DNA from: Candidatus Binatia bacterium
GTDB taxonomy: Bacteria > Desulfobacterota > Binatia > UBA9968 > JAJDTQ01
Length of the DNA: 64,000 bases
Direction: 5' to 3'
Assembly (NCBI GenBank): GCA_963666515.2
Contig: OY762897.2
Coordinates: 2,592,001 to 2,656,000, forward strand
The notes beneath the pieces are model-generated. The model worked only from the letters and a program-made list of their open reading frames with translations. It was not told the DNA's origin and did not search any database. Positions 1 to 10,111 of the stretch are shown here, one piece after another (position 1 is the stretch's first letter; each line of letters begins with the position of its first letter). Made by a program: the position numbers and the translations under genes.

Positions 1-754
1 CCTGCTCCTTCGTCAAGTACCCCGTCCCCGCAAAGCCCTGCGCCTCCTGCCACGCCCTGATCGCCCCTCGCGTCTTCTTCCCGAAAATCCCGTCCGCCGG
101 TCCCGCCTCGTAATTCATCGCCGCCAGTCCTGTCTGGACCAAAACCTTCCCCTCCGCCGTCAAACCCAAGCCCGCCTCCACCGTGGCATGGTCCGCCGGA
201 GCTTCATCACCACCAGGGGCCTGGGACAGGCCCTTGTCGGGCTCGCCACGCGGCTCCTCCGGCGGCTCCTGACTCCCTCCACCCGACAACGCGAAATGCT
301 GCGGCCTTACCACCGGAAGCCGTCGCCCGCCGAGCACCTTGTGCTCTTCCTCGTCCTTGACCAACAACGCCACGTCTTGGCCGTAACTCGCCTCGCCCGC
401 GCTGTTGAACAAACTCTTCACTCTTGCCGTGGCCGACTCGACCCTCTCCTTGACGACACTGCCGATACGCAGAACCGGAAACGCATCCACGACGAGCTTT
501 ATCGGAAAACGCCGCACCTCCCTGAAGCCTGCCTCCACTCTCTCCTTGTCCCCTTCAATGGCCCCGGACAGCACCTCGCCGGCGTCATCGATCAATTCCC
601 CGAGGTTCTTCTTCACCGAGTACCCGACACCCCCGACGGCGATTCCGCGACCCAGCCAGGCCTCAGCGGGCGCGGCGGCCAACAGGAACACGGCAATCGT
701 CGATGTGGAAAGGACCCGGATAGTGAAGCCATGACCGTTCCGTCTCTGGGCCAT
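1..754 (-). CDS. Secreted protein with peptidoglycan-binding domain (3' end outside window)
   Basis: Translated by hand (absent from ORF track because no stop in window): AGGAGG RBS, ATG at 754, signal peptide ...AVFLLAAAPAEA, then LVQTGLAAMNYEAGPADGIFGKKTRGAIRAWQEAQGFAGTGYLTKEQ, a PG_binding_1-type motif. Confidence 0.8.
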   Translation of the reverse strand, partial: MAQRRNGHGFTIRVLSTSTIAVFLLAAAPAEAWLGRGIAVGGVGYSVKKNLGELIDDAGEVLSGAIEGDKERVEAGFREVRRFPIKLVVDAFPVLRIGSVVKERVESATARVKSLFNSAGEASYGQDVALLVKDEEEHKVLGGRRLPVVRPQHFALSGGGSQEPPEEPRGEPDKGLSQAPGGDEAPADHATVEAGLGLTAEGKVLVQTGLAAMNYEAGPADGIFGKKTRGAIRAWQEAQGFAGTGYLTKEQ

Positions 755-792
755 TGAATTTCCTCCTGGCTTCCGGTCTTGGGCAATGCCGT

Positions 793-2067
793 CTATTTGA
801 TGACGGAGGCCAGAACGAAACGTCGAAGCTTGCAAGCGTTCCCCTCCAGCCGGCACAGCACCAGAACATAGATGTCGCCATCGTCCGGCGAGGAGCCGAT
901 CAGAAGACGCTCGCTACCTTCCGCCTCCACCACCATGTCCAGTGCGAGCCCGTCGGCGAACCCGGACGGCAGATCCGCCAGCGCCGACGCCGTCCTCCAA
1001 TCCGTGTCCGGAGCGGCCCAATGGATAGTCCAGTAATCGCGCGAGCCGAGCGCCCTCTCCACCGCAGCCAACGTCGGCCCCAACCATGCCGACGCTTCCT
1101 CAGTCCATCCGGCGCGTTGCACCAGGTTCCAGAGCAGCCGCGGCAGCACCGCCCTCATGTCCGCCGCGGCCTCGGCAAACCTGACAGCATCGCGGCCCGG
1201 CTCTCGCGAGGTACCCGGATGCGCGTCCCAGAACGCCTTGTGGCGCGCCCTCATCGTCGTCGCAAGGGCTGCCGCCATTCCGTTCGAAGCCGATAACCAC
1301 GAGGGCAAGGGCGGTGTCTTCAACCCCGAGTATAACAGCCTTTCGCCCGGCAAGGCGCGCGCCGTATTCACCCGATAGCCTCCATCGTGTTCTGTCCAAA
1401 ACGTGATCACGGCGGCATCCAGCAACGGGTTGTAGTAGAGCGCAACCGGGGCCGGCGAGCGAAACCGCCCAAGCATCACCACCGCGTTGGCAAAGAACGA
1501 GTTCCAAAGGACCGACGGCGAAACCTTGCGCACCATCTCCGCTCCCGGCATCGCCGCCAGCACCTCCTCGGCCTGCTTTTCGCCCGCGACTCCCGCCGCG
1601 CGCAAGGCCAGCGCGTGGGCCGCGAACAGCCGCGGCCCCTCGTCCGGCGCCTGCTGGTGCGCCTGCGTCGGTCGCTCCTGCTCCCGCGCCTGCTGCCGGA
1701 TTTGTTTCTTCGCGCGCATACGCGGGACTAGAGGGACCAGGGTCTCGGTTGCGCGACCATTGCTCCATGTGCCTTCCAGCGTTCCGTCAACCCTCACTGT
1801 ATAGATGACCGGCCACTTGTCGCCCCAGTCGGCTGTAAGGGTGTTCCCCGCCAACGCACCAGTGCCCGTCAAAGTCTGCTCTCCGATGGACCACTTGAGC
1901 GAGTATCTATCTGCGGAGATACGGGTAATGGTTGCAGTGCCGCGATACTTTGAACCATCAGGATTCGTGCCCGTACAATTGTAGTCGCCCTCCAGCGCGA
2001 GAGCCCCGGCTAGTACAAGGTGGCTCGCCAATGACACTAATCCGATTGCGGCCAGGAATGCCTTCAT
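793..2067 (-). CDS. Secreted two-domain hypothetical protein
   Basis: 424 aa ORF, AAGGAG RBS, signal peptide; N-terminal beta-rich domain (EGDYNCTGTNPDGSKYRGTATI), Gln/Arg-rich linker, unrecognised C-terminal domain. Confidence 0.7.
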   Translation of the reverse strand: MKAFLAAIGLVSLASHLVLAGALALEGDYNCTGTNPDGSKYRGTATITRISADRYSLKWSIGEQTLTGTGALAGNTLTADWGDKWPVIYTVRVDGTLEGTWSNGRATETLVPLVPRMRAKKQIRQQAREQERPTQAHQQAPDEGPRLFAAHALALRAAGVAGEKQAEEVLAAMPGAEMVRKVSPSVLWNSFFANAVVMLGRFRSPAPVALYYNPLLDAAVITFWTEHDGGYRVNTARALPGERLLYSGLKTPPLPSWLSASNGMAAALATTMRARHKAFWDAHPGTSREPGRDAVRFAEAAADMRAVLPRLLWNLVQRAGWTEEASAWLGPTLAAVERALGSRDYWTIHWAAPDTDWRTASALADLPSGFADGLALDMVVEAEGSERLLIGSSPDDGDIYVLVLCRLEGNACKLRRFVLASVIK

Positions 2068-2311
2068 CGTTTGCTCCTTCGGCCCTGGTGATCGGTGAAG
2101 CCCACATCCATTCCCCTACTACCCCTGCGCTCACGATTGCAAGCCGCGCGACGCCGCGCTTTCGTTGGAACGGCAAAGGTTCACAATCTGCCGCACCCTT
2201 CGTTCGCCCTGGCCCAGAACGCTTCCGAACAGAGATCGCCACAGCCAGGGTGGTTGTAGGACCCGAAAGCGGCAAAACGGGCCTTCTTTCCGCCCGCAGT
2301 CGGATCTCCCA

Positions 2312-2938
2312 TCAGAGGGGTGGCGCCACGAAACATTGGCTCTCCCCGTCAAATGTCCAGCCTGTTCTATAAATCCGGTCATAAAGGGTCGAAATTTGCA
2401 TGAGTTCCGAACGGGGGTTAAACTTCAGTTTCTCCAGAAGCACTTCTTCCTTTCCTTCCAATCTCACAATACGAATTTCATGACCTGCATTGTGGTATGG
2501 AAGATAGGCCGCGAATGACACACTGTCTTCCTTCTCTGCTATCAATCTCAAATAATCCTCCGCCAATAGCCTTCCGTTCTTATCGTAAAGGCGGATTCTG
2601 AAAGAATCTTTGAACACACGTTCCTTGTCATACTTTCTGTAATAACAATAACGCATTTCCGTGTAGTAATAGTTCTCGTTTAGGCTGTCCAAGAGGTGTT
2701 CATACTTCTCCTCAAAAACCTCTCCGGGCTTCAAACGACCCTGCCTGATCACTTCCTGTCTAAAACTGTCAAGTCTGTGGGGATTTTCTGGACGGTAATA
2801 ACCCCAAACAACGATCTCTTCCAAATCTTTTTCGGGGAATCTCAGATGCTCAGAGGCGGAGCTTGTTCGTGGTTCCATCAAGTTGCAGGAAACCGCAAAC
2901 AAAACAAAACCCAAATATAGAGATTTGCACGTGAGCAT
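2312..2938 (-). CDS. Hypothetical protein, possible lipoprotein, AT-richer than neighbours
   Basis: 208 aa ORF, hydrophobic N-terminus ending FAVSC (lipobox-like). Confidence 0.6.
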   Translation of the reverse strand: MLTCKSLYLGFVLFAVSCNLMEPRTSSASEHLRFPEKDLEEIVVWGYYRPENPHRLDSFRQEVIRQGRLKPGEVFEEKYEHLLDSLNENYYYTEMRYCYYRKYDKERVFKDSFRIRLYDKNGRLLAEDYLRLIAEKEDSVSFAAYLPYHNAGHEIRIVRLEGKEEVLLEKLKFNPRSELMQISTLYDRIYRTGWTFDGESQCFVAPPL

Positions 2939-2975
2939 CTCGCGCCGTCACTTTTCTCAGCAACTGAAGCCGCTT

Positions 2976-4160
2976 CTATTTCGCCGCCGAGTAGAAGCAT
3001 GCGGCATCCACGCCGATCCACTCGCCGGAACGGCCGGAGCTGTAGGCCCTCCTCACCCCGGAGGCGGCCTTTCTCACCAGGGAATTTCCCTTACTCGATC
3101 GTAGTCCCCGCAGCCTGCGGGTGTTCTCATGGCCGGGAAACTCCCGCATGTAAGACGCCACCCACCCCATGGTGCTCCCCAGCCCGCCCAGGTACTGGTC
3201 GGTGTAGTGTTTCCTCGTACCTGGACTCCTGTTCTCCTTGGCGTAGGGGAAGACGATCTTCGGGTCCTCGATGGCGTCGATGAAGAACTTGACCGGCTGG
3301 TGGATGGACTTGCCGGGCTTCGGGGCTTTCCTGAACAGGTCGATCCCCTGCGCCCGGGCCCTTTCCGCCAGCATGACGAGTCCGGCGATGGTCCTGCCGT
3401 GGTAATACAAGGCCTTGGCCCCCCGGCGGGTCTCGATGGGCAGGCTGCCGTCTTCTCTCATGCTGTCGAGGGTGAGGTGCCACTGCTCGATGCCCGTTTC
3501 GAAGTACCCGTCGTCTCCTGCCAGCGCTCCGTAGGACATGGCCGCCGCCGAGGACTGCACGGCATGGTTGTGGGCGGCCTTGCGGACGCTCCCGGTGTCG
3601 AAGTCGTAGTAACCGTCCCCGCGCAAGTCGTGGGAGAACTCGTCGACCTTGCTCTTGAGCCAGGCAAGGACCTTTTCCGCGGCATCCGGGGGCAGGGGCT
3701 TCTCCGCCTGGGCAATCGCGAGAGCGGCCATCATGGGTCCCGTGAGCCGCATGTTCACGGTCATGGTCGCCCGCCACTCCGCGAGTGTCGTCCAGGGCAT
3801 TTCCGGCTTGCCGCTTTCCGCCCACTCAAGGGCATAGTCGCGGATATCCCTGCAGGCGTCGTGGTCCCCGGCGAAGCAAGTCTTGCCGGCCTCTCTGAAG
3901 TAGTCGTCGACGTGGTTGTAGGCCTTGTCAGCACCGCGGCTCGTGTCTATGGGCGCGGTGAGGACCGGCGGCTTCACCGGAAAGCCGAACCCGCAACGCT
4001 GCTGCAGGAGGCCTGCCCCCTGCAGCTCGGCCTTCCTCTTCACGTGGTCAACCGCAACGAACCCCGGCTTGGTGACAAGGCGTTCTGCCCACACCGACGA
4101 ACTCAAGCCAACGAAGAGAATCACGGTCAAACCGATTGCAAGTGTTTTCCTCGTGTTCAT
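2976..4160 (-). CDS. Alginate lyase family secreted polysaccharide lyase
   Basis: Signal peptide MNTRKTLAIGLTVILFVGLSSSVWA; motifs HNHAV and DGSLPIETRRGAKALYYH resemble the AlgL-type NNHSYW and DGSLP.E..RG..AL.YH motifs. Confidence 0.7.
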   Translation of the reverse strand: MNTRKTLAIGLTVILFVGLSSSVWAERLVTKPGFVAVDHVKRKAELQGAGLLQQRCGFGFPVKPPVLTAPIDTSRGADKAYNHVDDYFREAGKTCFAGDHDACRDIRDYALEWAESGKPEMPWTTLAEWRATMTVNMRLTGPMMAALAIAQAEKPLPPDAAEKVLAWLKSKVDEFSHDLRGDGYYDFDTGSVRKAAHNHAVQSSAAAMSYGALAGDDGYFETGIEQWHLTLDSMREDGSLPIETRRGAKALYYHGRTIAGLVMLAERARAQGIDLFRKAPKPGKSIHQPVKFFIDAIEDPKIVFPYAKENRSPGTRKHYTDQYLGGLGSTMGWVASYMREFPGHENTRRLRGLRSSKGNSLVRKAASGVRRAYSSGRSGEWIGVDAACFYSAAK

Positions 4161-4236
4161 GGCGATCTCCTGGATCGTCTTGTCCCCGCGCGGCGCCTCC
4201 AGGGCCACCTTCGCCTTGAAGTTCCCGCCGTGTGCT
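4161..4236 (-). pseudogene. IS3-family OrfA N-terminal relic
   Basis: Encodes FKAKVALEAPRGDKTIQEIA, matching the typical IS3 OrfA helix-turn-helix start FKAKVALEALRGDKTIQEIA. Confidence 0.65.
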
Positions 4237-4359
4237 CATCGCGGCAGCCTATTCCATTCAGTGCGCGAGAGCACACGAAGGTTCACGGCCTGCCGAAATC
4301 CTTGATCTCGGAACTTTCCTGCAAATCCCGGACCGCAAGCACTTGGCGAGACACCGCCT

Positions 4360-7300
4360 TCACAGCACCGGTTCGGAGGGAACCGCCTCCGTTGCCGGCT
4401 TGCGCCGGACCTTGGCCAGCACGTCCAGCCACAGGGAATAGAGCGTCGGCGTGAGCACCAGCGTGAACAGGGTTGAGACGGCCAGTCCGCCCAGCACCGT
4501 GGAGCCCAGGCCGCGGTACAGCTCGGAGCCGGCGCCTCGGGACAGCACCAGGGGCAACATGCCGAACACGGTGGTGGCGGTGGTCATGAAGATGGGGCGG
4601 ATGCGGGTGCGCACGCTGGCCAGCAGGGCCGCCTGGGGCTCTTCCCCGGCGCGGATGAAGTTGAGGGTCTGGTGCACGATGAGGATGGCGTTGTTCACCA
4701 CGATGCCCGTGAGGATGATGAACCCCAGCATGGTGACGGTGTCCATCTTGATGGTGGGCTCGGTGGCGTGTCCGAGGCTCACGGCGAGGATGCCGCCGGT
4801 GGCCGCCAGCGGCACGCTGAACATGATGATCAGCGGGTAGCTCCAGGATTCGAACAACGAGCACATCACCAGGTAGACCACCACCACGGCCAGCAGGAAC
4901 GTCCACTTGAAGGCGTCCCAGGTCTCCGCCAGCTTCTGCGCCTGGCCGCTGACCGCGATGGAGTAGCCCAGCGGCAGGGTGCGCCGCACCTCCTCCACCG
5001 CGCCTTCCTCCACCAGTCGCACGGCTTCCTCCAGCGGCATCGCGTGGTGCATGTTGGCGTTCAGCTTGATGGCGCGGTCGAGGTCCACGTGCTCGACCTT
5101 GGTGGGGCCGTCGCCGGGCCGGACCTCCGCGATGTCCGAGAGCTGCACCAGCCGGCCCGCGCCGTTGGACAGCATGAGCGCGCCCAGGTCCTGGGTATGC
5201 GCCATCTCGCCGCGCGGCCCCTTGAGGATGATGTCGATCTCCTTGCCGCGTTCGCGGAAACGCCCGGCGCGGGTGCCCTCCACCGCGGTCTCGATGACGT
5301 CGCCTACGTCGGAGGCGCGCAGGCCCAGGGCCGAGACCCGATCCCGGTCCAGGTGCACGCGGATCTCGGGATTGCCCCACTCGAAGGACGAGTTGACGAA
5401 GTTCACCCCCTCCACCCCGCGAATGCGCCCTTCGAGGCCGCGGGCGATGTTCCGGATCGCCTGCAGGTCGTCTCCCTTGACGTCGAGGGCCACGTTGTTG
5501 CCGCCGATGAAGCCTCCCCGCTGCCGGAAGAGAGAAGCCTGGGTGATGAACACCGCCTGGGCGCCGGGAATGCCGCCGACGGCGCGCCGCATGGCCCCCA
5601 CCACCCGGCGCATCTCATTGAGGCTGGTATGCGGCTCTTTCACGATGGCCCCCATGATGGGGGTATCCAGGCGTATGACGGCGAACATGCGCTCGATCTC
5701 GGGGATGGCCCGGACCCGCGACTCGATCACCTTGATGATGGATTCCTTCTGGTCCGTGTTGAAACCCGGAGGCATCTTCACCACGCCGAAGATGAAGTTG
5801 CGGTTTCCCCGCGGCAGATAGTCCAGCGGAGGCGCGAACCACCAGGCCAGGGCCACCGACCCGCCGACGATGAACAGCACCACCGCCACCCGCCGGACGG
5901 CGCCGCGCTGAAGCCACGCCAGCAGCCCCAGCACCATCCGCGAGAAGCCGGACCCGCCCCGGTCCAGCACGGACATGGCCGCGCGCAGGCGCCGGAACCG
6001 CTCCCGCGGCTGCTCCGGGAGGACGTGGGCGGAGAGCATAGGCACCACGGTGAGGGCCACCACCAGCGACAACGCCACCGCCACGGACACGGCCAGGGCG
6101 ATGTCCCGGAAGAGCTGTCCCGCCTCCTGCCGGACGAACAGCACCGGGACGAACACGGCCACCGTGGTGAGCGTCGAAGCCAGGATCGCACCGCCCACCT
6201 CGCGGGCGCCGTCCAGCGCGGCGCGCACGCGCCCCTTGCCCATGTCGCGGTGGCGGAACACGTTCTCCAGCACCACCACGGCGTTGTCCACCACCATGCC
6301 GGTGGCGAAGGCCAAGCCAGCCAGCATGATGACGTTCAAGGAGGAGCCGGCGGCGTTGAGGACCACGAAGGTGGTGACGATGGAGACGGGGATCGCCACC
6401 GCCACCACGACGATGCTGGCCGGGCTGCGCAGGAACAGCAGCAGCACCAGCACCGCCAGCGTTACCGCGAAGTAGATATTGCGGGTCACCAGGTCGATGG
6501 AATCGTGAATGTAGTCGGTCTCGTCATAGACCATCTCGAGGTGGATGCCCTTGTCGCCGTAGCGCTGCTGCAACCGGCTAAGGGTCTCCCGGACGCCCTC
6601 CATGACCTCCATGGTGTTGGCCCCGGAACGGCGCAGCACGCCCATGCCGAGGGCCGGCTTGCCGTTGATGCGCACGGCGAAGTCGCGGTCCTCGTGGCCG
6701 AAGGAGACCGCGGCCACGTCGCGCACGTACACCGGTCCCCGGACGTCGTGCCGCACCACCACGTCGGCGATGTGACGCAACTCCTCGAACTGGCCCAAGG
6801 TGCGCACCACGTGCCGGCGCTTGCCCTCGCTCAGGTCGCCGCCCTTGACGTTGCGGTTCTCCCGGGTGATGGCCTGCCGGACCTCCGCCACCGTGATACC
6901 GCGGGCCGCCATGGCGCGGGGGTCCAGCGTCACGTGCACCTGGCGGTCCCGGCCGCCGAAGCGCCACACCGCGCCGACCCCGGGAACCCGCTCCATCTGC
7001 GGCACGATGACGTCCTTCAGCTCCTCCCACACCTCGTTCAGGTCCCGCTCCGTGTCCACCATGATCCACGAGATCGGGCTCTCCTCGTCGGTGTTGACGG
7101 CACGGATGCGGGACTCGCCCACGTCCGGCGGCAGGTCCCTGACGGTGTCGAGCTTCTCGGACACGCCCAGGCGCGCGATGTCCTTGTTGGTGCCCCAGTC
7201 GAACTTGAGGACGACGCGGGAGCGCCCTTCGATGGAGCTGGAGGAGACCTGCCTGAGCCCCTCCACGGCGTTGAGCCGATCCTCCAGCCGGTCGGTCACC

Positions 7301-7485
7301 TCGCGCTCCACCTCCAGGGGGCCGGCGCCGGAGTATTCGGTCGTGACCGTGATCTCGGGCCGGTCCACGGTGGGGATCATCTGGACCGGCAGGCGCAGCA
7401 GCGCGATGGTCCCGAACAGCACCGCCAGGATGATGCCGACGGTCACCGAGACCGGGTTGCGGACGCAGAAGTCAACGATTCCCAT
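4360..7485 (-). CDS. RND efflux transporter permease (AcrB/AcrD/AcrF family)
   Basis: 1041 aa; GMVVDNAVVVLENV, GIVVNNAILIV and RIRPIFMTTATTVFGMLPL motifs. Confidence 0.95.
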   Translation of the reverse strand: MGIVDFCVRNPVSVTVGIILAVLFGTIALLRLPVQMIPTVDRPEITVTTEYSGAGPLEVEREVTDRLEDRLNAVEGLRQVSSSSIEGRSRVVLKFDWGTNKDIARLGVSEKLDTVRDLPPDVGESRIRAVNTDEESPISWIMVDTERDLNEVWEELKDVIVPQMERVPGVGAVWRFGGRDRQVHVTLDPRAMAARGITVAEVRQAITRENRNVKGGDLSEGKRRHVVRTLGQFEELRHIADVVVRHDVRGPVYVRDVAAVSFGHEDRDFAVRINGKPALGMGVLRRSGANTMEVMEGVRETLSRLQQRYGDKGIHLEMVYDETDYIHDSIDLVTRNIYFAVTLAVLVLLLFLRSPASIVVVAVAIPVSIVTTFVVLNAAGSSLNVIMLAGLAFATGMVVDNAVVVLENVFRHRDMGKGRVRAALDGAREVGGAILASTLTTVAVFVPVLFVRQEAGQLFRDIALAVSVAVALSLVVALTVVPMLSAHVLPEQPRERFRRLRAAMSVLDRGGSGFSRMVLGLLAWLQRGAVRRVAVVLFIVGGSVALAWWFAPPLDYLPRGNRNFIFGVVKMPPGFNTDQKESIIKVIESRVRAIPEIERMFAVIRLDTPIMGAIVKEPHTSLNEMRRVVGAMRRAVGGIPGAQAVFITQASLFRQRGGFIGGNNVALDVKGDDLQAIRNIARGLEGRIRGVEGVNFVNSSFEWGNPEIRVHLDRDRVSALGLRASDVGDVIETAVEGTRAGRFRERGKEIDIILKGPRGEMAHTQDLGALMLSNGAGRLVQLSDIAEVRPGDGPTKVEHVDLDRAIKLNANMHHAMPLEEAVRLVEEGAVEEVRRTLPLGYSIAVSGQAQKLAETWDAFKWTFLLAVVVVYLVMCSLFESWSYPLIIMFSVPLAATGGILAVSLGHATEPTIKMDTVTMLGFIILTGIVVNNAILIVHQTLNFIRAGEEPQAALLASVRTRIRPIFMTTATTVFGMLPLVLSRGAGSELYRGLGSTVLGGLAVSTLFTLVLTPTLYSLWLDVLAKVRRKPATEAVPSEPVL

Positions 7486-8797
7486 CGCGCTGCGCTCCGG
7501 GCCCGCCGAGCCTCGCTCCGGGCCTCCCGCCAGGCCCGCGCCCGCCCAGCAGAACCTTGGCGCCGTCCCGCAGCACTTCGTTGCCCAGCGTCACGACCTG
7601 CTGGCCGGGCTTGAGAGCCCCGTTGGAGATCTCCAGAAACGCCCGCCAGCCGCGCCCGGTGCGGACCTTCACCGCCTTCGCCTGACCGTTGGACACGACG
7701 AAGACCAGCTCGTCCGGGCCGCGCCGCACCACCGCGTCCTTGGGCACGAGCACGCTCGGCTCGCCGCTCGCCACGATCACCGTGACGCGCGCCAGCATGC
7801 CGGCCTTGAGCCGTCCCTGCGCGTTGGAAAGCCGGACCTTCACCGGGAAGCTGCGGCTGCGCGTGTCCGCCTGGGGGACGATGTGCGCCACCTCCCCGGA
7901 AAAGCCTTCGCCCGGGAAGGCATCCAGCGTCACCGTCGCCGGAAGGCCCGTCCGCAGCAGCGCGATCTTGCGCTCTCCCACCGGCCCGGCGGCAAAGACC
8001 GGGTCCAGGTCCACCAAGTCCGCCACCGGCTCGCCGGCGTTCACCCAGTCGCCCACGTCCACGTGCTTCGTGACGATGAAGCCGGATATGGGCGCGCGCA
8101 ACGTGCTCTTGTCGATCTCGTAGGCCACCGCCTCCATGCGCGCGCGGGCCTCTTCGTGCTCGGCCTCGGCCATGGCGATGTCCTCGTCCCGGGCGCCGGA
8201 GCGGGTGAGCTTCAAGGCCGCCTGGGCGCTGCCGTGCTTCTCCCGCGCGGCGAGGTACTCGCTCTCGACCTTCTGGAACTCCGCCAGGCTGATGAGCTTT
8301 CCTTGATAGAGGCGCCGGGCGCGCTCCAGGTCGCGCTGGTGGTGTTTGAGGATCGCCTCCTGCTCCTTGGCGCCGGCCAGGCGTTGCGCCACCTCTTCGG
8401 AGCGGGAACCCTCCCGGACCTTCTCCCACTGCTTCTTCGCCCGCGCCACCGCGGCCGCGCGTTCGCGCAATGCGATCTCGCGCCGCCCGCGGTCCACCTG
8501 GAGCAGGACGGTCTTGCCCGCGGTGACGGCGTCGCCCTCCCGGAAACCGGCCGCCGCCACCCGCCCCGCCACCACCGAAGCGACGGTGGTGGCGACGTTG
8601 GGCTCGATGGTGCCGATGAAGGAGATCTCCTGCGGGATCGCCTTCGACTGCACCGGCGCCGTCTTCACCGCCACCGGTCGCGGCCCCCAGCGCTGCGCCG
8701 ATGCGCCATGGGCGGCCAGCAGCACTGCGGCCAGGGCGCAGCAGGCGCCGGCAACCCGCGACGGCGTGAACAGGACGGTTCGGGGTCGTTGGAACAT
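7472..8797 (-). CDS. RND efflux periplasmic adaptor (membrane fusion protein)
   Basis: Long coiled-coil hairpin, LRAPISGFI and LKAGMLARV motifs; overlaps the permease start; alternative TTG start at 8815. Confidence 0.9.
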   Translation of the reverse strand: MFQRPRTVLFTPSRVAGACCALAAVLLAAHGASAQRWGPRPVAVKTAPVQSKAIPQEISFIGTIEPNVATTVASVVAGRVAAAGFREGDAVTAGKTVLLQVDRGRREIALRERAAAVARAKKQWEKVREGSRSEEVAQRLAGAKEQEAILKHHQRDLERARRLYQGKLISLAEFQKVESEYLAAREKHGSAQAALKLTRSGARDEDIAMAEAEHEEARARMEAVAYEIDKSTLRAPISGFIVTKHVDVGDWVNAGEPVADLVDLDPVFAAGPVGERKIALLRTGLPATVTLDAFPGEGFSGEVAHIVPQADTRSRSFPVKVRLSNAQGRLKAGMLARVTVIVASGEPSVLVPKDAVVRRGPDELVFVVSNGQAKAVKVRTGRGWRAFLEISNGALKPGQQVVTLGNEVLRDGAKVLLGGRGPGGRPGARLGGPGAQRDGNR

Positions 8798-8985
8798 GTC
8801 GGTTTCCAGACTCAAAGGTTTTAACCGAGTTCAGGATAGGGCTTTTGGGAGGAACCGGCAACCGCGCCCGAGGGCGGTCTCGTCTCGCTTGACAGCCTTC
8901 CGGGGACGGCCTAGGATTCGAAAGTTCCATTCAAGACAGGACGTGCGAAATCGGGAGTGGAAACTTCCCATCCGCGGAGGAGAAA

Positions 8986-10110
8986 ATGGCTAAGCAAGGC
9001 TTCAAGGCAATGGATTCCGACATGCACGTGTTCGAGCCCCACGACCTCTGGGACCGCTACATCGACCCGGAGTTCAAGGACCGCGCGCCCAAGGGTCTGC
9101 AACGCGATTTCCGGGACCTCGGCGTCGAGGTCGAAGGGAAGATCCTCCCCATCCCGAGGCGGCCGGAGAACCCGGGCCTCAGGGACTACCGCTTGGCCAC
9201 CCTCAAGGAAAAATACAGCGACGTGGCCGCGCGCAACTTCGACGGCGTGAGCCAGGTCATGGCCATGGACAAGGAAGGCCTCGACGTGGCGTTCCTGTTC
9301 CCCACCCGCGGCCTCTTCGTCTTGGGCATCGACGGCCTCGATCCGGAACTGGCCGCGGCCATCTCCCGCGCCTACAACGACTGGCTCTACGACTTCGCTC
9401 AGACCGCGCCCGACCGCATGGTCTGCGTCGCCATGGTGCCGCCCCAGAACGTCGAGGCCGCGGTGGCCGAGACCAAACGGACCGTGACCGAAAAAGGCTT
9501 CCGGGGCATCTTCATGCGCCCCAACCAGACCAATGGACTGTGCTGGAGCGACCCCTACTACGATCCCCTGTGGGACGTGTGCCAGGAGCTGAACGTGCCG
9601 GTGGGCTTCCACGAGGCCGGGCGGGTCTACCAGCCCCAGCCGGCCATCTCGCAGTTCATCCCGTCCTTCTCCATGTTCAACACCCTGAGCTTCCCGCTGG
9701 CCAACATGTTCGCGTGCGCGGACATGATCTACGGCGGGGTGATGGAGCGCTTCCCCAAGCTCCGCGTGGCCTTCCTGGAGGGCAACTGCTCGTGGCTCCC
9801 GTGGCTCCTGTACCGCATGGGCGACTACATGGAATCGGTGGGCAAGGCCGAGTACCCGGACTTGAAGCTCGAGCCGCTGGAGTACTTCCAGCGCCAGTGC
9901 TTCGGCGCCGTCGAATGCGACGAGATCACCGCCAGGTACATCCCCGATTTCGGCTTGGAGGACAACGTGGTGTTCTCCACCGACTATCCGCACCTGGACG
10001 TCAAGTATCCCCACTCGCTGGATACTTTCCTGGAGATGCCGTTCTCCGACGAATCCAAGCGGAAGTACCTCTGGGACAACTGCGCCCGGCTGTACAACAT
10101 GGGTCAGTGA
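8986..10110 (+). CDS. Amidohydrolase family protein (Amidohydro_2)
   Basis: DSDMHVFEP, VGFHE, GGVMERFPKLRVAFLE and FSTDYPH motifs; GGAGGAG RBS. Confidence 0.9.
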   Translation: MAKQGFKAMDSDMHVFEPHDLWDRYIDPEFKDRAPKGLQRDFRDLGVEVEGKILPIPRRPENPGLRDYRLATLKEKYSDVAARNFDGVSQVMAMDKEGLDVAFLFPTRGLFVLGIDGLDPELAAAISRAYNDWLYDFAQTAPDRMVCVAMVPPQNVEAAVAETKRTVTEKGFRGIFMRPNQTNGLCWSDPYYDPLWDVCQELNVPVGFHEAGRVYQPQPAISQFIPSFSMFNTLSFPLANMFACADMIYGGVMERFPKLRVAFLEGNCSWLPWLLYRMGDYMESVGKAEYPDLKLEPLEYFQRQCFGAVECDEITARYIPDFGLEDNVVFSTDYPHLDVKYPHSLDTFLEMPFSDESKRKYLWDNCARLYNMGQ

Positions 10111-10111
10111 C

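Noticed and set aside
4672-7614. Long antisense and alternate-frame ORFs (for example 4672-7614, 6800-8824, 39759-41561, 46121-48109)
   Set aside because: Shadows of real high-GC genes; no recognisable motifs
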